A stretch of DNA of 63,475 bases, counting the filler, from Choristocarpus tenellus KU-1152 (Eukaryota; Protista; Phaeophyceae): NCBI GenBank assembly GCA_964200185.2. It is 10 parts of 10 records of this genome, joined end to end, with 100 filler letters (N's around TTAATTAATTAA, not from the genome) between each part and the next. Parts side by side here need not be neighbours in the genome. Positions count along the whole stretch, not along the records: positions 24,333 to 37,435 come from CAXNAD020001585.1; positions 37,536 to 43,157 come from CAXNAD020010217.1; 8 more parts are not named here. One strand, 5' to 3'. Both the position numbers and the translations under genes were made by a program. A model generated the notes under the pieces. That model saw only the letters and a list, made by a program, of their open reading frames with translations. It searched no databases and had not been told where the DNA came from. This document shows positions 25,236 through 37,797 of the stretch, one piece after another; position 1 is the first letter of the stretch, and every line of letters starts with the position of its first letter.

Positions 25236-28200
25236 TGCAGGCATTCGTGTGTGGACTGTGTTTGTACCTAACTTTCGGTGCATCTAATACAACAAAGGGT
25301 GACGTAGAAATTAAAGAGATGATCCCACAACACAGTCCTCACAGGAGTAGTCGAGAACTACACTGTTCAAAGATTGTCAGAATGCTCCCTCCCTACACAC
25401 AGTCTAAGAACTTAGCAACCTTGTGTGCAACAGCACATAGCAAGGAAATAGAACATTTCGTTTTACATGTAGGTGGGCCTCCAACAGTCGGGGTTCCTCG
25501 AAAGTACCATATCAATACTGAATGAAAACAGAGTACACAAACAGAACTTTCATATATTTCAGTCGTTCCCTTTCATCGCATCAGTAGAAGGCAGAAGTAG
25601 TGCTCAAGAACACTTGATGGAACGTCTATTTATAACCTTTAAAGTGGTGTAAAATGAGAGCAACAGTAAAGCACGAAATAGTCTTGTCCATATGGCTTGC
25701 AGGATGACTACATATCGAATGTACATACAAAGAATATGGAGCATACATATATATATATATATCAATTTGATACTGAGTATGCAAAGGCCATCCCTCGCAT
25801 TAGGCCTGCAATGATCCATGCATAACGATTTTATCATGTAGGAACTCTTGTGGGCACATACGGAGGTTAGACAGAAAAAGGATGAATAGCATATTTCCTC
25901 TCTCTAGGTATAGTTTTGCAATATTGTGATAACTGACAACTGACCATCAGTCCTAAGACTAGGAGACAAAGAAAATGAGAAGTAGTCAGGGTTGTATTTT
26001 AAGGACACTAGTAAAAAATGTGCAAAATTCGGCTCTGTACAATTATCTATAGGAACTTTTCGCAAAATTCTATCGAAAATGTTCGAGCAATAGAGAAATC
26101 TACGCATCAAGTCAATCTTAGAACCTCATCCATAGAAATAAGGGTGAACAGCAAGAGGTGAAAAAAGTGGCAAGAAATACAATAGTGACCAAAGGCTGGG
26201 AACCTCTTAATTTTTTTGACTCTAGTTCTCTGTAGAGTGTACATTCTCCACTTGTTGCTACTCTCCACTACTAAGACATCAAGTTCAACAAATGATATCA
26301 AATCACCTGGTATTGCCCAAAGGTGCACCAGCGAAATTTCCCTAAACTAGCTAGTTGGTCATATGTATATGCCACTTAGGATTAGGAGACCTTACACTGT
26401 GATAACCCCTCTATCTGCTTGATCATCGGGAAGCTGTAACGTTGTCAAAACTTCATTGTATCCGTGTTGCTTCCGCAAATGGGTTTTCCTCCATGTTGGC
26501 GTGCACAGTTCACACAAGATCTGTTGTGGGTCAGGATTACAGTTACCATCGGATTTCTCAAAAATGAACTTACTAAGAATCATCAACAGTGCTGAGTAAA
26601 ATTTTCAATGAGATGCGTTGGTGTCCCATTGCAGAGGCCCAAAGTGAAAGTTGAGTGTGTGATGATTATTGAACATGAGGAACCGCTTCTCTGAACTGCA
26701 GTCATTGAAGGCTTAGCATGGAACTGGTTACTTGACAATGCGCTGATTACACAACAAGATTTCCCTTGGATATGTCCTACTCCAGTTCAGCTCATGTCTT
26801 ACTCGCATTTCCCCTTAACTTATCAATTGAGTGAGTGGAGAGGTATACCTAAACATGACAAACAGCTGCACCAGTGCATTTCAAGCTAATGATTTGATGT
26901 TGGCTCACCTTGTCTTTTTCTTTTGTGCTAGCTTGTGGAAATGGTTAAAACATGTTGGCAATATATTATTATTTAGATAGAGCTGGGTGTCCCCCCTATT
27001 CCATTTTCCTACCAAAATAGCCTTCTTCAAATCCAAATCTACAAATATCACACGCAGAAATCCAACAGCCAGAGAAGGTGCATTTTTTAATGAAACACTT
27101 ATAACCCATTCAAATTTCACTGATTTCCTTCATTAAGTTAACTTAAACTAAATCGATGGGACTGCAAATACCCAATCTATGAAATTGTCCAAGAGGTTGG
27201 GTAGACATTGTCGCGCATGCAGGCTATGTTCCTGATCTTTGGATAGTAGGTAACATAAAGATTACATTTGCAAATGTTTGTGTATGTACCTACCTCATTG
27301 AGCACTTACAAGCACTCTGGAGGGCGATTTTGTACTTATGTGGACGAAATTTTGTCTCCTCTTCTAGAGAGGCACAGTCACCTGATGGGGATTATCTGCA
27401 CTTCGGTCAAGGAAATGTGAATGTCAAGCAGAAGATTTCATAGGCCCTATATTGTCAAAAGGAACTATGACACAACTCAATGAACAAGCATTAATCACAG
27501 CAAACGGACTTCCAGATTCCAGACAACTGACTAATAAGAGCAAATAACCCTGAGCTTTGTCCTGGACAACATGCTCACATGTCACATAGTATATCGCCAA
27601 ACCCATTCAGGACAATGGATATTATATGTCAAACAGGGCCAAGTGTTTGCTTAGCAATCCAAGTTTAGAGCGAATGGGCCCAAGTACTTGCTGGACAACC
27701 AACAATATCAATGAGTGCAATGAATCGATAGTTTTTCTTCTTGCATCATTTCTTCTTCAATCTTCTAAATTCCTGAATCCTTTTGACTTCTCTGCTAGAA
27801 AAGATCAAACAAATATGTACTAAGTTATCAAGTGCATCTAGTGCATAATCCTTCCATGAGACTTTCAACCTATGAAGCAAATCAAGTCAATCAAGCAAAG
27901 TTCTATCATTGCAACAAAGAATCTCAAGGCATTGGTCAACATACGGATAATAAATTGAACCACATGATAGATGGTTGACTAGCATGAGAGGGCAGGTGAC
28001 ACGACACGAGACATGCCATGATGAGGTACTCACCATACCGAGCGCAATATTTAAAGCCCTCCCATTGACACAAGCGGGACCATAATTTATGTACATATCA
28101 CGGAGGACATTGCAGAATACAAACAGCTTATGTTACAATCACATATCCGATCATTCAATTTGGTCCCTCCATGTTGATGAGTTGTGCATAGTAGTATGTT

Positions 28201-29340
28201 GAATCACATACACCAAGAGCTCTACATATATGCATACGTAGAAAATGAATCTAAGCTCTGCCAGAGTAGAGCATAACACTTCCAGTACCTTGACTACTGA
28301 CTGAAACCTTCTATGTGTCACTTTTTTTACAACTGCCACCGGATTGCAGGTCCTCCAGTTGACTGGAGAGAACTCTTTTTCTCTGAATGGCAACTCCAGG
28401 GCAACCCACCCCAGTGGAATTGGGCATATGCTGTCTAGAATATCTAGTTTACGATCAATGTCCAGCAAATCATTGCTCATAAAGTGAGTCTTTTAAGAGT
28501 TGCCATTCACTCCGCCTTCCATCTCATGGTTAACTTACCAAGCCCCTCTATGGTTTCATCCTGGTGTGAACGCTGAAATTTGAATTAATGTTCGACACTG
28601 AACTGTTTGAATCTTCTGGGGATATGGAGAGCAGTGCTTGTGCTGACCTTCTCCAACAGTGTGACCAAATAGGGCTAGTAACAGATGTTCAATCAAATCA
28701 CCTGATATTTATACTCCTATACAAAATCCTAGTTAGCCGAATTTGTTGAGATCTATGACTCTGATGCGTTGGTATTTCACAGATGTCAATTGGTTCCAAA
28801 ATTAGAGGCATTTTCAATATAGGCTGGGTGGAGAGGTGAGACTCAACTCTCACATACTTGGATGACCATGTTATTATTGAAGGTAAGATGTACCTGAGCA
28901 AAGCACAAAGAGCAACATGTACATGGCTGAAACGGACATGGAATTGTTGAGTGCTCAATGCTCAAAGGAGGGCAAGGGCGTGTGGGATAGAGAGGAAAAA
29001 ATGTAGCGTGAGTGGTGGCAGGTAGGAGGAATGATGGATGCCGCTATCTCAATAGAGAATCCAGGTTCTTTATTTGACCAAGAAGATGTTCTAATATTTC
29101 CCAGAGAATGCAGTTCTGGGGGTATGTGTGAAAAACGCATTGATACCTGTCAGGACACCAATGACTGTTTCCAGTCGGGGATAAAAAGAGCAATATTCCA
29201 GTCTCACATGATGCACTCTATATATACTTGTCTCCTGACTCAGTTGCAGTTGTACACATGATCCTCATTCGCTATCAACACCTCACACACTTAACTGTCC
29301 CCCCACCCACTCTATGCAAACCCGAACCACTACAAAACAG

Positions 29341-30306
29341 GCCGGAGAACAGCAATAACGCAGCTTTGGCGGATACAACAACGTCAGTCACAAGTCCCCC
29401 AGGTTCCCCAGGTTCCCTTCTTTCTCGGTCCCCAACTTTGCGTTCTTGGACCATGTCCACAAAGTGAGTCTGCCTCACACTATTTATATATAGTAGTATT
29501 TCGGACTTTGTCAGGAACAGGTGCTGACGCATCTGCCACTGACCAGAATGCATGAAAACGACAAGATTACATATTCAGCAGAGACCTGCATAGACCCAAA
29601 ATATCTGGGAGGGGGTGGCGGCTGTCCATTTGGACCAATTTTTTCATGTAGCGATTTTTGGGTGGTTGGGTTGCATACGTCGGATGGATAATGTAAGTGC
29701 CCTTTTCCTAGTTATGACCTAAATGGACACCCTGGTGTTGCCTACCCCCCCCCCCCAGATATTTTGGGTCCATATTATTCTTTAGATTGCTCACAAAAAA
29801 CACACACACACTCACCTCATGGAGGACCTTTGTGAACCCAAGGTGCAAGACATTTTGAGAGCGAGTAGAAGAGATTTGTGATACAGCTCCAGGGAGAACT
29901 TCTTGGTTACATTCCAAATCACATACCCCAACCCTAACCTCTGCAATATGTACTGTACAATAATTTGCGATAGGAAGTTGTTGAACGTAGTAAGCAGAGG
30001 TAACAAAATAGATAGTGCCTCAACAATATTCTACTAGGCAAATTCCTTGAACAGTTGGTTGCTATGACATGACTTCTGCAGCAACATTGCAACATCACCA
30101 TCTGCACCCCTGGATGATTACCCTGAAAAATTGAAATCACTCGGCACTATCAAGGTTTTTATGGTATTCCCCGCCACTACCTCCCCTGTCCCGCTTCTCA
30201 AAAATCCACGACCAGGACTGTTGCAAAGAAGGACGAGCCACTACAACCACTCCCACGAACAACTGTCACGAGACCACCAATCAACCTCATCAAGTCTGTG
30301 CTGTAG
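29341..30306 (+). CDS. Two terminal exons of an unidentified Ser/Pro/Thr-rich protein
   Basis: Exon 29341-29463 (cag acceptor, GTGAGT donor, phase 2) splices in frame to ~30216-30306 (TVAKKDEPLQPLPRTTVTRPPINLIKSVL*). A candidate upstream exon lies at 24839-24945. Confidence 0.5.
29593..29770 (+). mobile_element. MITE family B (about 180 bp, G/C-run subterminal tracts), complete, TSD CATA
   Basis: cata|GACCCAAAATATCTGGG...CCCAGATATTTTGGGTC|cata; lies in the intron between the 29341 and 30216 exons. Confidence 0.92.
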
Positions 30307-33300
30307 CGCGCCTGGGCGAGAGATAGCACTACGCGATACCTGATTGGATACGAGAGGGTTACTGTAGGGGTAAATATGACTGGAGTAGTGGGAACAAGGA
30401 CAACGTCCACCATGGAGATAATTTTACGAAGAACTGATCTGTAGATAATGGTTTGATTAGAGAAGCTCGTCTATCTAGATATGTAAGAAGCAGTCTAGAT
30501 CATTTATTAACTTGAATTTTGTAGGCATGTTGAAATTCTAAGGCCAGCAAGAGTGCTATGTCGCCTCATGTTATGATACAAAGTAAAATTCCACGTTATT
30601 ATACAAAGAAGGCACAGTGCTACAGCTTCAGAGTGGGGGGGAAATAGAGGTATGATGGACACACTTCTGGTCACGTTAAGTTTGTGACTTGCCATTAATA
30701 TATTGATCATTCAATCATTCTTGATAAAGTGTATTATTATAAACCTTTTCCCAATGTTATTCAAGTATAGTCTAGTTTTGAATTGGTAAAGCTTGTTCTG
30801 TGGTCCTTGCCAAAGAGAGCTAGCATCCACCTGACTTGACCTAGTTGATCCCACGGTACTCCTCCAAATAGTTAAGCAAGCAAGACGCAAAACAGTCAAA
30901 TGCCATAAGCCAGGTTATCACCAAAACTTATGTCATGACCACGTACTATTTCACACCTTGACAGGCACTTAATGTAAGCAAGCATGATAGTCAATGCAAT
31001 ACAGGAATGAACGTGGCTGACTCATGTAACCTCCCCACAGGAGTTTGGGCTGTATGTGTGCTTGTGTACAACAGCAGTTCATATAGAATGGTGCAAGGCT
31101 TTTCTCACTGTTCAATTTGTCTACAGAAATGTTCTTAATACTTTGTAAACCTGTAGCTGTATCTGGTACCATCAGCATCGAGGACTATGAGGTATTTTTG
31201 ATGCACTGCACTCCACAAACATTGCATCAATTGTTGAGCTTATATTCAATAGAGAAGAACACCATTCGTGACTACCTGGAAGTATGATGTAGGTGGGACG
31301 GAAAGTCTGGAGGGTTATTATCAGCGAACATGTTCCAAGTACTATGAAAATATTATGGAGCGTTCTCTCTTCCATGACAAGCAAATTCAAATTTCATGTT
31401 TTTCATCAGTATCATAAAAAGACCCTGGTGAGAAGCCAGTGAAGCAATACCACACATTCATGCACTACCGGTTCCTAAGTACCTCCACAAATTCAAAGTA
31501 CACCCTTCATACATCATATTTCACAATGTATAACATACTATTGTCTAGGAACACTTATGCAAACTAGGTCGACATTTTATCATACTCACACAACGTTTAT
31601 CCGACCATGGGAGGAGGACAGCTGTTCGTAGATAGTGCTACTGATACACTATAGACACCACTGGTGGATTATGAGATGGGGTAGAGAGCCTGTGACAGAT
31701 GTATTACATGTACTGACTCATAGTGTTGATTGGTTACGTCATGTTCAAGATTCACTTGCTATGCTTAAGATAAGTAAATAAGTAATTCGTAGTAAATTAG
31801 TGTGGACGATTACAAACCCCACACTATAGAGTAATGACGGTAGTTAAGGCTAGAGTCTCACCCACGAGCTCAGTCAGCGGAATCGAGACCACTAGCCCCT
31901 TTTAATACTAACATTGTTCATCTACATCAAGCTGTTCTTTGTCCTTCATTATAGCACCATAAAAGCCACGGGTCCAGTGTGGGATAGTTCAACAACAGCC
32001 AATCAAATCAAGACTGAAAGAACAGTCCCATGCACTCCATTTTATACTTAGTTGTATCACCTGTTGTCATTTCAAGCCAACTCACTGAATCTATCCATCG
32101 GCAATTTGCAGCTTAATGTCTCATCGAGTTTTTTGTACTATGAATGATAGGTAGTAGTAATTTTGTTGCAAACCTGTCACCAGAGAGACGAGTCATATCC
32201 TCTTCAAATACTGGTAAACCTTGCACTTGAACTAGTTGTGTCCAATATAGCTACAGAAGAGCAGCAACAGACAGGATGCATTCTGACGAGAGGTCCTAAC
32301 TATCTCCATGTTGCGACAAAGGCAAGAACGTCGAAAATACTGCACCAAGTGACCACAGTGTCGTACCTTTGGTAAATCAGACTTTGTCGAGCACTTCCAA
32401 ACTTTAACTGGGCCTGATATCGTTTTGAAATGGAAGTTGCCAAAAAAAAGCGAGAAATCAAGTATTAACTCAGACTTAATCCTCAGTGATACCTTCCTGA
32501 AGCATATAATTTTTTTAGGTGCAGGTCACACCAGATAAGGATTGATATGAAGTAGGAATAAATCAGCGGGACAATCCTCACACACCTGGAATTTCTAGGA
32601 GCGGGTATCAGATTCTCTTTGTGCAAGTGGTGACATGAGAACATGGCCGTTAGGGGCAAGTGCATTATGGTACCAAGGATCAGTTGACTGCATGAGTATG
32701 GCCATTGAGCACAACCACACGTTCTACTGCAACAAAAAAATGGCTGTCAAATAGCTGTAGATGCTGACAGCACTATTTGGCATTCTGCAGCTCCCTCTTT
32801 CTCACGTACTATAACTATATTGCTTCATTAAAAAATAACATATTACTTGCACTCATTCGTCTTCATACGCATTTGGAGACTGAAGTATCCCGATGCCTAT
32901 TTCAACATTGTAGAATCACCATCACCAACAGCATTATCATCATATACCTCTCTTCTCATAGTGAAAGGAAGTATCCACTTGATCAACATACGAGTATACA
33001 ATTGGATGTCAGAAGTTGAGGTGACAAGCTCCAGCAAATGACACTACAACATTGGAACAAATAGAGCAAAGCAAAGCTAAACATCTAAGGGCAACCATGT
33101 ACAAAACAACTAGAATGTGATGTCACAGGTCTCGGTACTTTTCAGTATTTCATACATTGCAGCCTTGGACACAGCAACAGTGGTGAATGCAAATCTATTT
33201 GAAGGAACAAACGGCAGGCTCGCTACAAAGATGTGAAGTCTCTCACTTCCCTCGAATTAAACTTTATTCCAGTTTGTTTAGTGGACGGCTAGTGTATATA

Positions 33301-33564
33301 GTTGGTTATCGGTTTGGATTGAGGATATTTGAACAAATTGACAAAAAAACTGAAAATAGGTTGGATCGGTATGTTCAATTGATGTTCTATTGGGAATTGA
33401 AAACGCTTCAAGATAGGACTATGGTTTCGTGGGGATGGTGCAGCCATGAAGATACTACCTCTGTCTCATAGGTCTGGGACGTTAAGGTGTAGCTCCTTGG
33501 GATGACCTCCGATTACAAAACGGACCTTTTGGTTGGATTCCTTGGAATATTTTACATTAAAAAA

Positions 33565-33921
33565 TTATTTCTCGCCTTTCTCGACTCCGTCAACACACCG
33601 ATCCAGGGTTGCCACGGAGGCCACTCGGTCTACTTCAACTGATCTAGCCAACCCGCCCTCCTGTTGCCTTTTCTTGGTCCCGGTGTGCTCTACCTCGAAA
33701 TCGTTCCCCCTCAGCGCTCTTAACACCTTATTGTGCCTCTTAAACAGACTCTGCCACACCCTCTCGAGCGTGTCTGCAGTGTACGTGTGGAACATGCTTG
33801 AAACCCTCTCTACAAGTTCATCAACGGTGCCGTAATGCTCCATCCAAACCCTGCTCTTCAGAGATGCAAAAACCCCCAAATCATCGATGTTGAGTCTGGC
33901 AACTGTGCTGGCTGCATCATG
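33565..33921 (-). mobile_element. Tc1/mariner (plant-type DD39D) transposase C-terminal fragment
   Basis: With one frameshift it reads QPAQLPD-LNIDDLGVFASLKSRVW...TVDELVERV...TLERVWQSLF...GNDFEVEH, matching the QPxNSPDLNxxDLGFF...GxNxYxxPH tail of DD39D mariners. Confidence 0.88.
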
Positions 33922-34795
33922 AGCTACTCGTTATACTATATTACGCAAGCAAATCAGATTAGAAGTACCATACACCATACACCCACCACAAACAAATACC
34001 TTACGCATGTATACCATAGTGGTACCAATAACTTATCTGGGATTGTCCTGTCATAACGTTTGATGTAGACATCGGATTAAAAAAATATAAACATATTCGT
34101 GATGCCCGTCACAGTGCCCTCCACAGTACGAGCTTAGTTTTTTTCGCCATTTATTTTTTGAAGAAAGAGCGCTCATATTGTGGTTCGAACCCTGAATTGT
34201 AGGTCACCAAGAGTGGTAACAGATATACCATTCTTGATTAAAGGGTTTAGGCAGGGCAAAACCCTCCCCACCCTTTCTTTCTGTGTGTTCGTGCACCTAC
34301 TCTTTGACCTCGGGAAGGATGTCCACGTCGACGCCCAGAACGAAAAGCCTCTCTTAGCGACCTTACTCCGACACCTTGATGTGACTCTTAGTTAGGAGGT
34401 CTCTCTCCCATCTACTCACAGCTTTCGCTGTGACCATCACGTATGCTGCTCCCATCTATTACGACGTTTTATGGTATTTTCGTCTTTCATACACAGGTAC
34501 AAGATTCGCAGTGTTAGAGCCTTTAATATCACATTTCCTCGTTAAAGCACCAGAAATGCGCGTCGTCCGTGTTTCCTGGGCGGGTGATATTTTATTATCA
34601 AGGCGCAAGGGCGAGGGGGGACCGGCTTGAGTTGATCGAGAATTGTGTAGATTTATCAAATGAATGCAGGATGGGGAGTAACCCTTAGCCAACTTCATAC
34701 GCCCAACCCTAAGTCCAGGAACAAAAGTGAATGTACGGCATCTTGCAAGAAGTGGGAGACACCATACCACCAGTACGCAAATAGTCTCAATCTTA

Positions 34796-35567
34796 CCTCC
34801 TCTTCTTCCCTGTCATGCTCATCGATGGCTACCTCCAACTGCTTCGCGACCTCTTTGAAGTAAAGGATTTGATGGTAGCGAAACATCTCCACGGCTGCAA
34901 GTGTTATGATCACTTTCTCCTCCGCCTTGCGAGCCCTTTCGACCTTTGTTCGGTTCCAGAGTCCTTGTAGCCCAACCCTAACACCTTCTTTCTCATTTCC
35001 TTTTGTCACTCCGGCTGGCATAGCTTCCAAACAGCCAGGGCCTGCTGCAACTGTCGACTACAAAGATATTCTATACCCGGGTTTCGCTTAGGCGTTTCCT
35101 GAGCACAATGGCACGCAGTTGCACTGCTCTCCTCCCCAACCTTCACTTCATCCTGCCACACTGGTTCTCCCTTCGCCCGCCGTGACCAGGTTTCCCCACA
35201 GACTTCGTCACTGTACCACCTGGGGATGCACTCGCCACTCTTTTCCTGCTTTCTCGAGGCAGCAGAGACTGCGGAGCAATGCTCCGTATCGGTTGAAGAT
35301 CCAACCAAGTTTGTGTGGTAATGCTATAAGTGCATCTTCTCTCAGCGTCAGTGTCGCGGCCCCGTGATCCATTTCGCGATTTGATCATGCTGCTGCGACA
35401 CATTACACGCACTTTCTCGACACCTAACATCTCATTGAGTCTCACATGGTATTTGTTTTTCTGTCGCCTCTCAGCAGAGAAGGTGCCGCGGGTAGATCCA
35501 GGAGGCAGAGTGGCCTCGGTGGCTCTCCTTTTCTCACCGTCATGGTCCATATTGCTGTGTGAGTCAC
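34796..35567 (-). mobile_element. Probable decayed KDZ (Kyakuja-Dileera-Zisupton) transposase C-terminal region
   Basis: EGVRVGLQGLWNRTKVERARKAEEKVII...EMFRYHQILYF resembles the RxEWxKxRARxxRWxEExxLLxEEMRRxxxYF tail of CxC-KDZ transposases. Stops and frameshifts are present, and the segment ends at a GTAAGA donor. Recognition is from memory of the motif only. Confidence 0.4.
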
Positions 35568-35649
35568 CTGTGTGTGTGTTCACAGAAAGTCTGCAAAAGG
35601 TGTCAAAGAATGTCCGATAATCTTGCGTTTTCTTCGGTAGGACCAAATA

Positions 35650-35804
35650 ACAGCCGATTTCAAAAATTGAGGATGGAGCTTTTCATTGAGGATGGGCTTG
35701 ACCCAAAATTGACTGGGATAAAGTGTCTATATGTTTTTTTTTTAATAATTTGGGTCAAGCCCATCCTCTATAAAAACTCCATCCTCAATTTTGAAATCGG
35801 CTGT
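35650..35804. mobile_element. Fold-back MITE with about 60-bp TIRs flanked by TA (Tc1/mariner-type)
   Basis: ta|ACAGCCGATTTCAAAATTGAGGATGGAG...GGGCTTGACCCAAA ... TTTGGGTCAAGCCC...CTCCATCCTCAATTTTGAAATCGGCTGT|ta. Related ends at 36487 and 59216. Confidence 0.85.
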
Positions 35805-36722
35805 TAAATGCACTGTATATTGGAAGGGTCTATCCCGGACCAGTTTTTGTGGGGAATTCAGTCAACCACTTCATTTTTGTACCTTTTTGAGGTTGTGGCC
35901 ATCACAGTTGCGGTAGAGTTGTTCCCGCGCATTTTTGTCATTCTTTGATTGGGATATAGTTCCTGTTCACTGGAGTTAGTACATTCCTGTATACAAATCT
36001 TCAAACCCTCTTGTTATAAGCGTTCATTGATATACTATTTTTTATTATTATGCCCTCTGACATTTTGAAGATGTGTAAAGGGGAAAACAAAAAAAAACTA
36101 TAAATACATGCCAGTATAATATGTGTGAAACAGATGGAAACAAGCCGACAGATTCTTCGTAATGAAGGGAAGCGGGAAGACCCACAGGAGGCAAGATCAA
36201 AGAGAGACAAGTAAAAAAGGGAGATCAATCCCTCAGAAGATCACTCAGGAAAAGAATGTTCCAGTGGTAACTGAAAGAGGGGGATTTGGCAACGTCACTC
36301 CAAACCACCCGATCTTACTTAAGCAGATGTTACCTTCAACATGCAGGAACAAATAATGTCTTGAATATCACAATGTTCAAGATAGGTCACCTTCAGGGTA
36401 TACCTTCTGTGGAAGATGGCTCTCACATAAGCCCTAAGGAAATAAAATATCATAAATGAGAAAAACACTGTAAAACACTATAAATAACAGTAGATTTTAA
36501 AAATTGAGGATGGAGCTTACTATTGAGGATTATTTTGACCGAAAATGGTGCGGAAAAAGTGCCGATATGNNNNNNNNNNCGAACGTGGTAGTAGGACATA
36601 CTTAATTGATCTTCTCTTTGTACGTTTCCAATGTCCAGAAACCAAAAGGTCAAAAAAAAAATTGCACCCTCCAATTTTTTTAGATACAATATCTGAAATT
36701 GTTGGACACTTGTATTCTTAAA

Positions 36723-36835
36723 GGGTGAAACTATCTTAGAGGGTACACGATAGCCAAAATTACATCAAAATCACAACATTGTATTTTGACCCCCAAATGG
36801 ACGCGGCTCTACCCTGTAAGAATATACTTTGGCTC
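36723..36835 (+). mobile_element. MITE family A, internally deleted, TSD TAAA
   Basis: taaa|GGGTGAAACTATCTTAGAGGGTA...TACTTTGGCTC|taaa. Confidence 0.8.
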
Positions 36836-37797
36836 TAAAAATACTATAGACGACAAAAAGCGGTTCTTGAGTTTCGGCGATTTCTCTTTCTGTTGACAAT
36901 TGTGTTACATGAAAAAAGGAATATCGAACAGCATACGATTACATATTGAAAAGAGACAGAGAGTAAAGGTTTTTGTGACCTTTTCGTTTCGTACCTTTGA
37001 AACGTATTGGATCAATGAAGGATGGTGGTTTGTATTTTTATTTGTTGATGTAAAGATTAGAATATCATTATTATTCTGTAAAAACAAATTAAACCATATG
37101 CGCGGAAAGTGCCCATATGTTTTTTTTTGTAAATGTTGCGGCACTTTTTAAGCGCCCCTTTTTGAATGGGAATCCATGCCGAAGGCGGTAGTAGGACATA
37201 CTTAATGGATCTTGTGTGAAACAGATGGAAACAGCCGACAGGTCCTTCGTCTTCGTAATGAAGGGGAGCGGGAAGACCCACAAAATGTGAAAAACAATAG
37301 TCTATTTGTTACTTCACCACTATCGATATTGTACTACTGCCTTCCTGTGCTTCTACTTATTTATTATATTGTTGCATACCTCTCCTCACCCCACAGTATG
37401 TATGTATGTATGTATGTATGTATGTATGTATGTATNNNNNNNNNNNNNNNNNNNNNNNNNNNNNNNNNNNNNNNNNNNNTTAATTAATTAANNNNNNNNN
37501 NNNNNNNNNNNNNNNNNNNNNNNNNNNNNNNNNNNGGAGTGTGGTATGGGCAACAAGAAAAAAATATGACACCAATAGAACCAAGTTGGCCAATATACAC
37601 CAATAGACTGAAGTATGACACTGAGCCCATATGATCCCTCAACTCTTTGATCTCTTGTGTAATTTACACCATAATGGTGGACGTGTCTTCATGCCATGGC
37701 ATGACAACATTCTCAACTCATATCTCCACCTCCTCAGGCCATGATCAGACCGGACTGTCACCTCACCCACATTCCTGTGCCCTCTTGCCAAAAACAG

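Noticed and set aside
23373-30306. Joining the TPR gene to the 29341/30216 terminal exons
   Set aside because: They are separated by an artificial spacer whose flanks are different MITE copies.
30900-30960. GDN tripeptide as Mononegavirales RdRp motif C
   Set aside because: No accompanying motifs A or B could be found; a chance match is likely.
34165-34200. GGTTCGAACCC B-box as a tRNA or SINE
   Set aside because: No A-box or cloverleaf around it.
34630-34795. P2RX7-C-like motif (LFAYWWY...PSCI)
   Set aside because: It needs two frames and lies just past a GTAAGA donor, so it is probably intronic.
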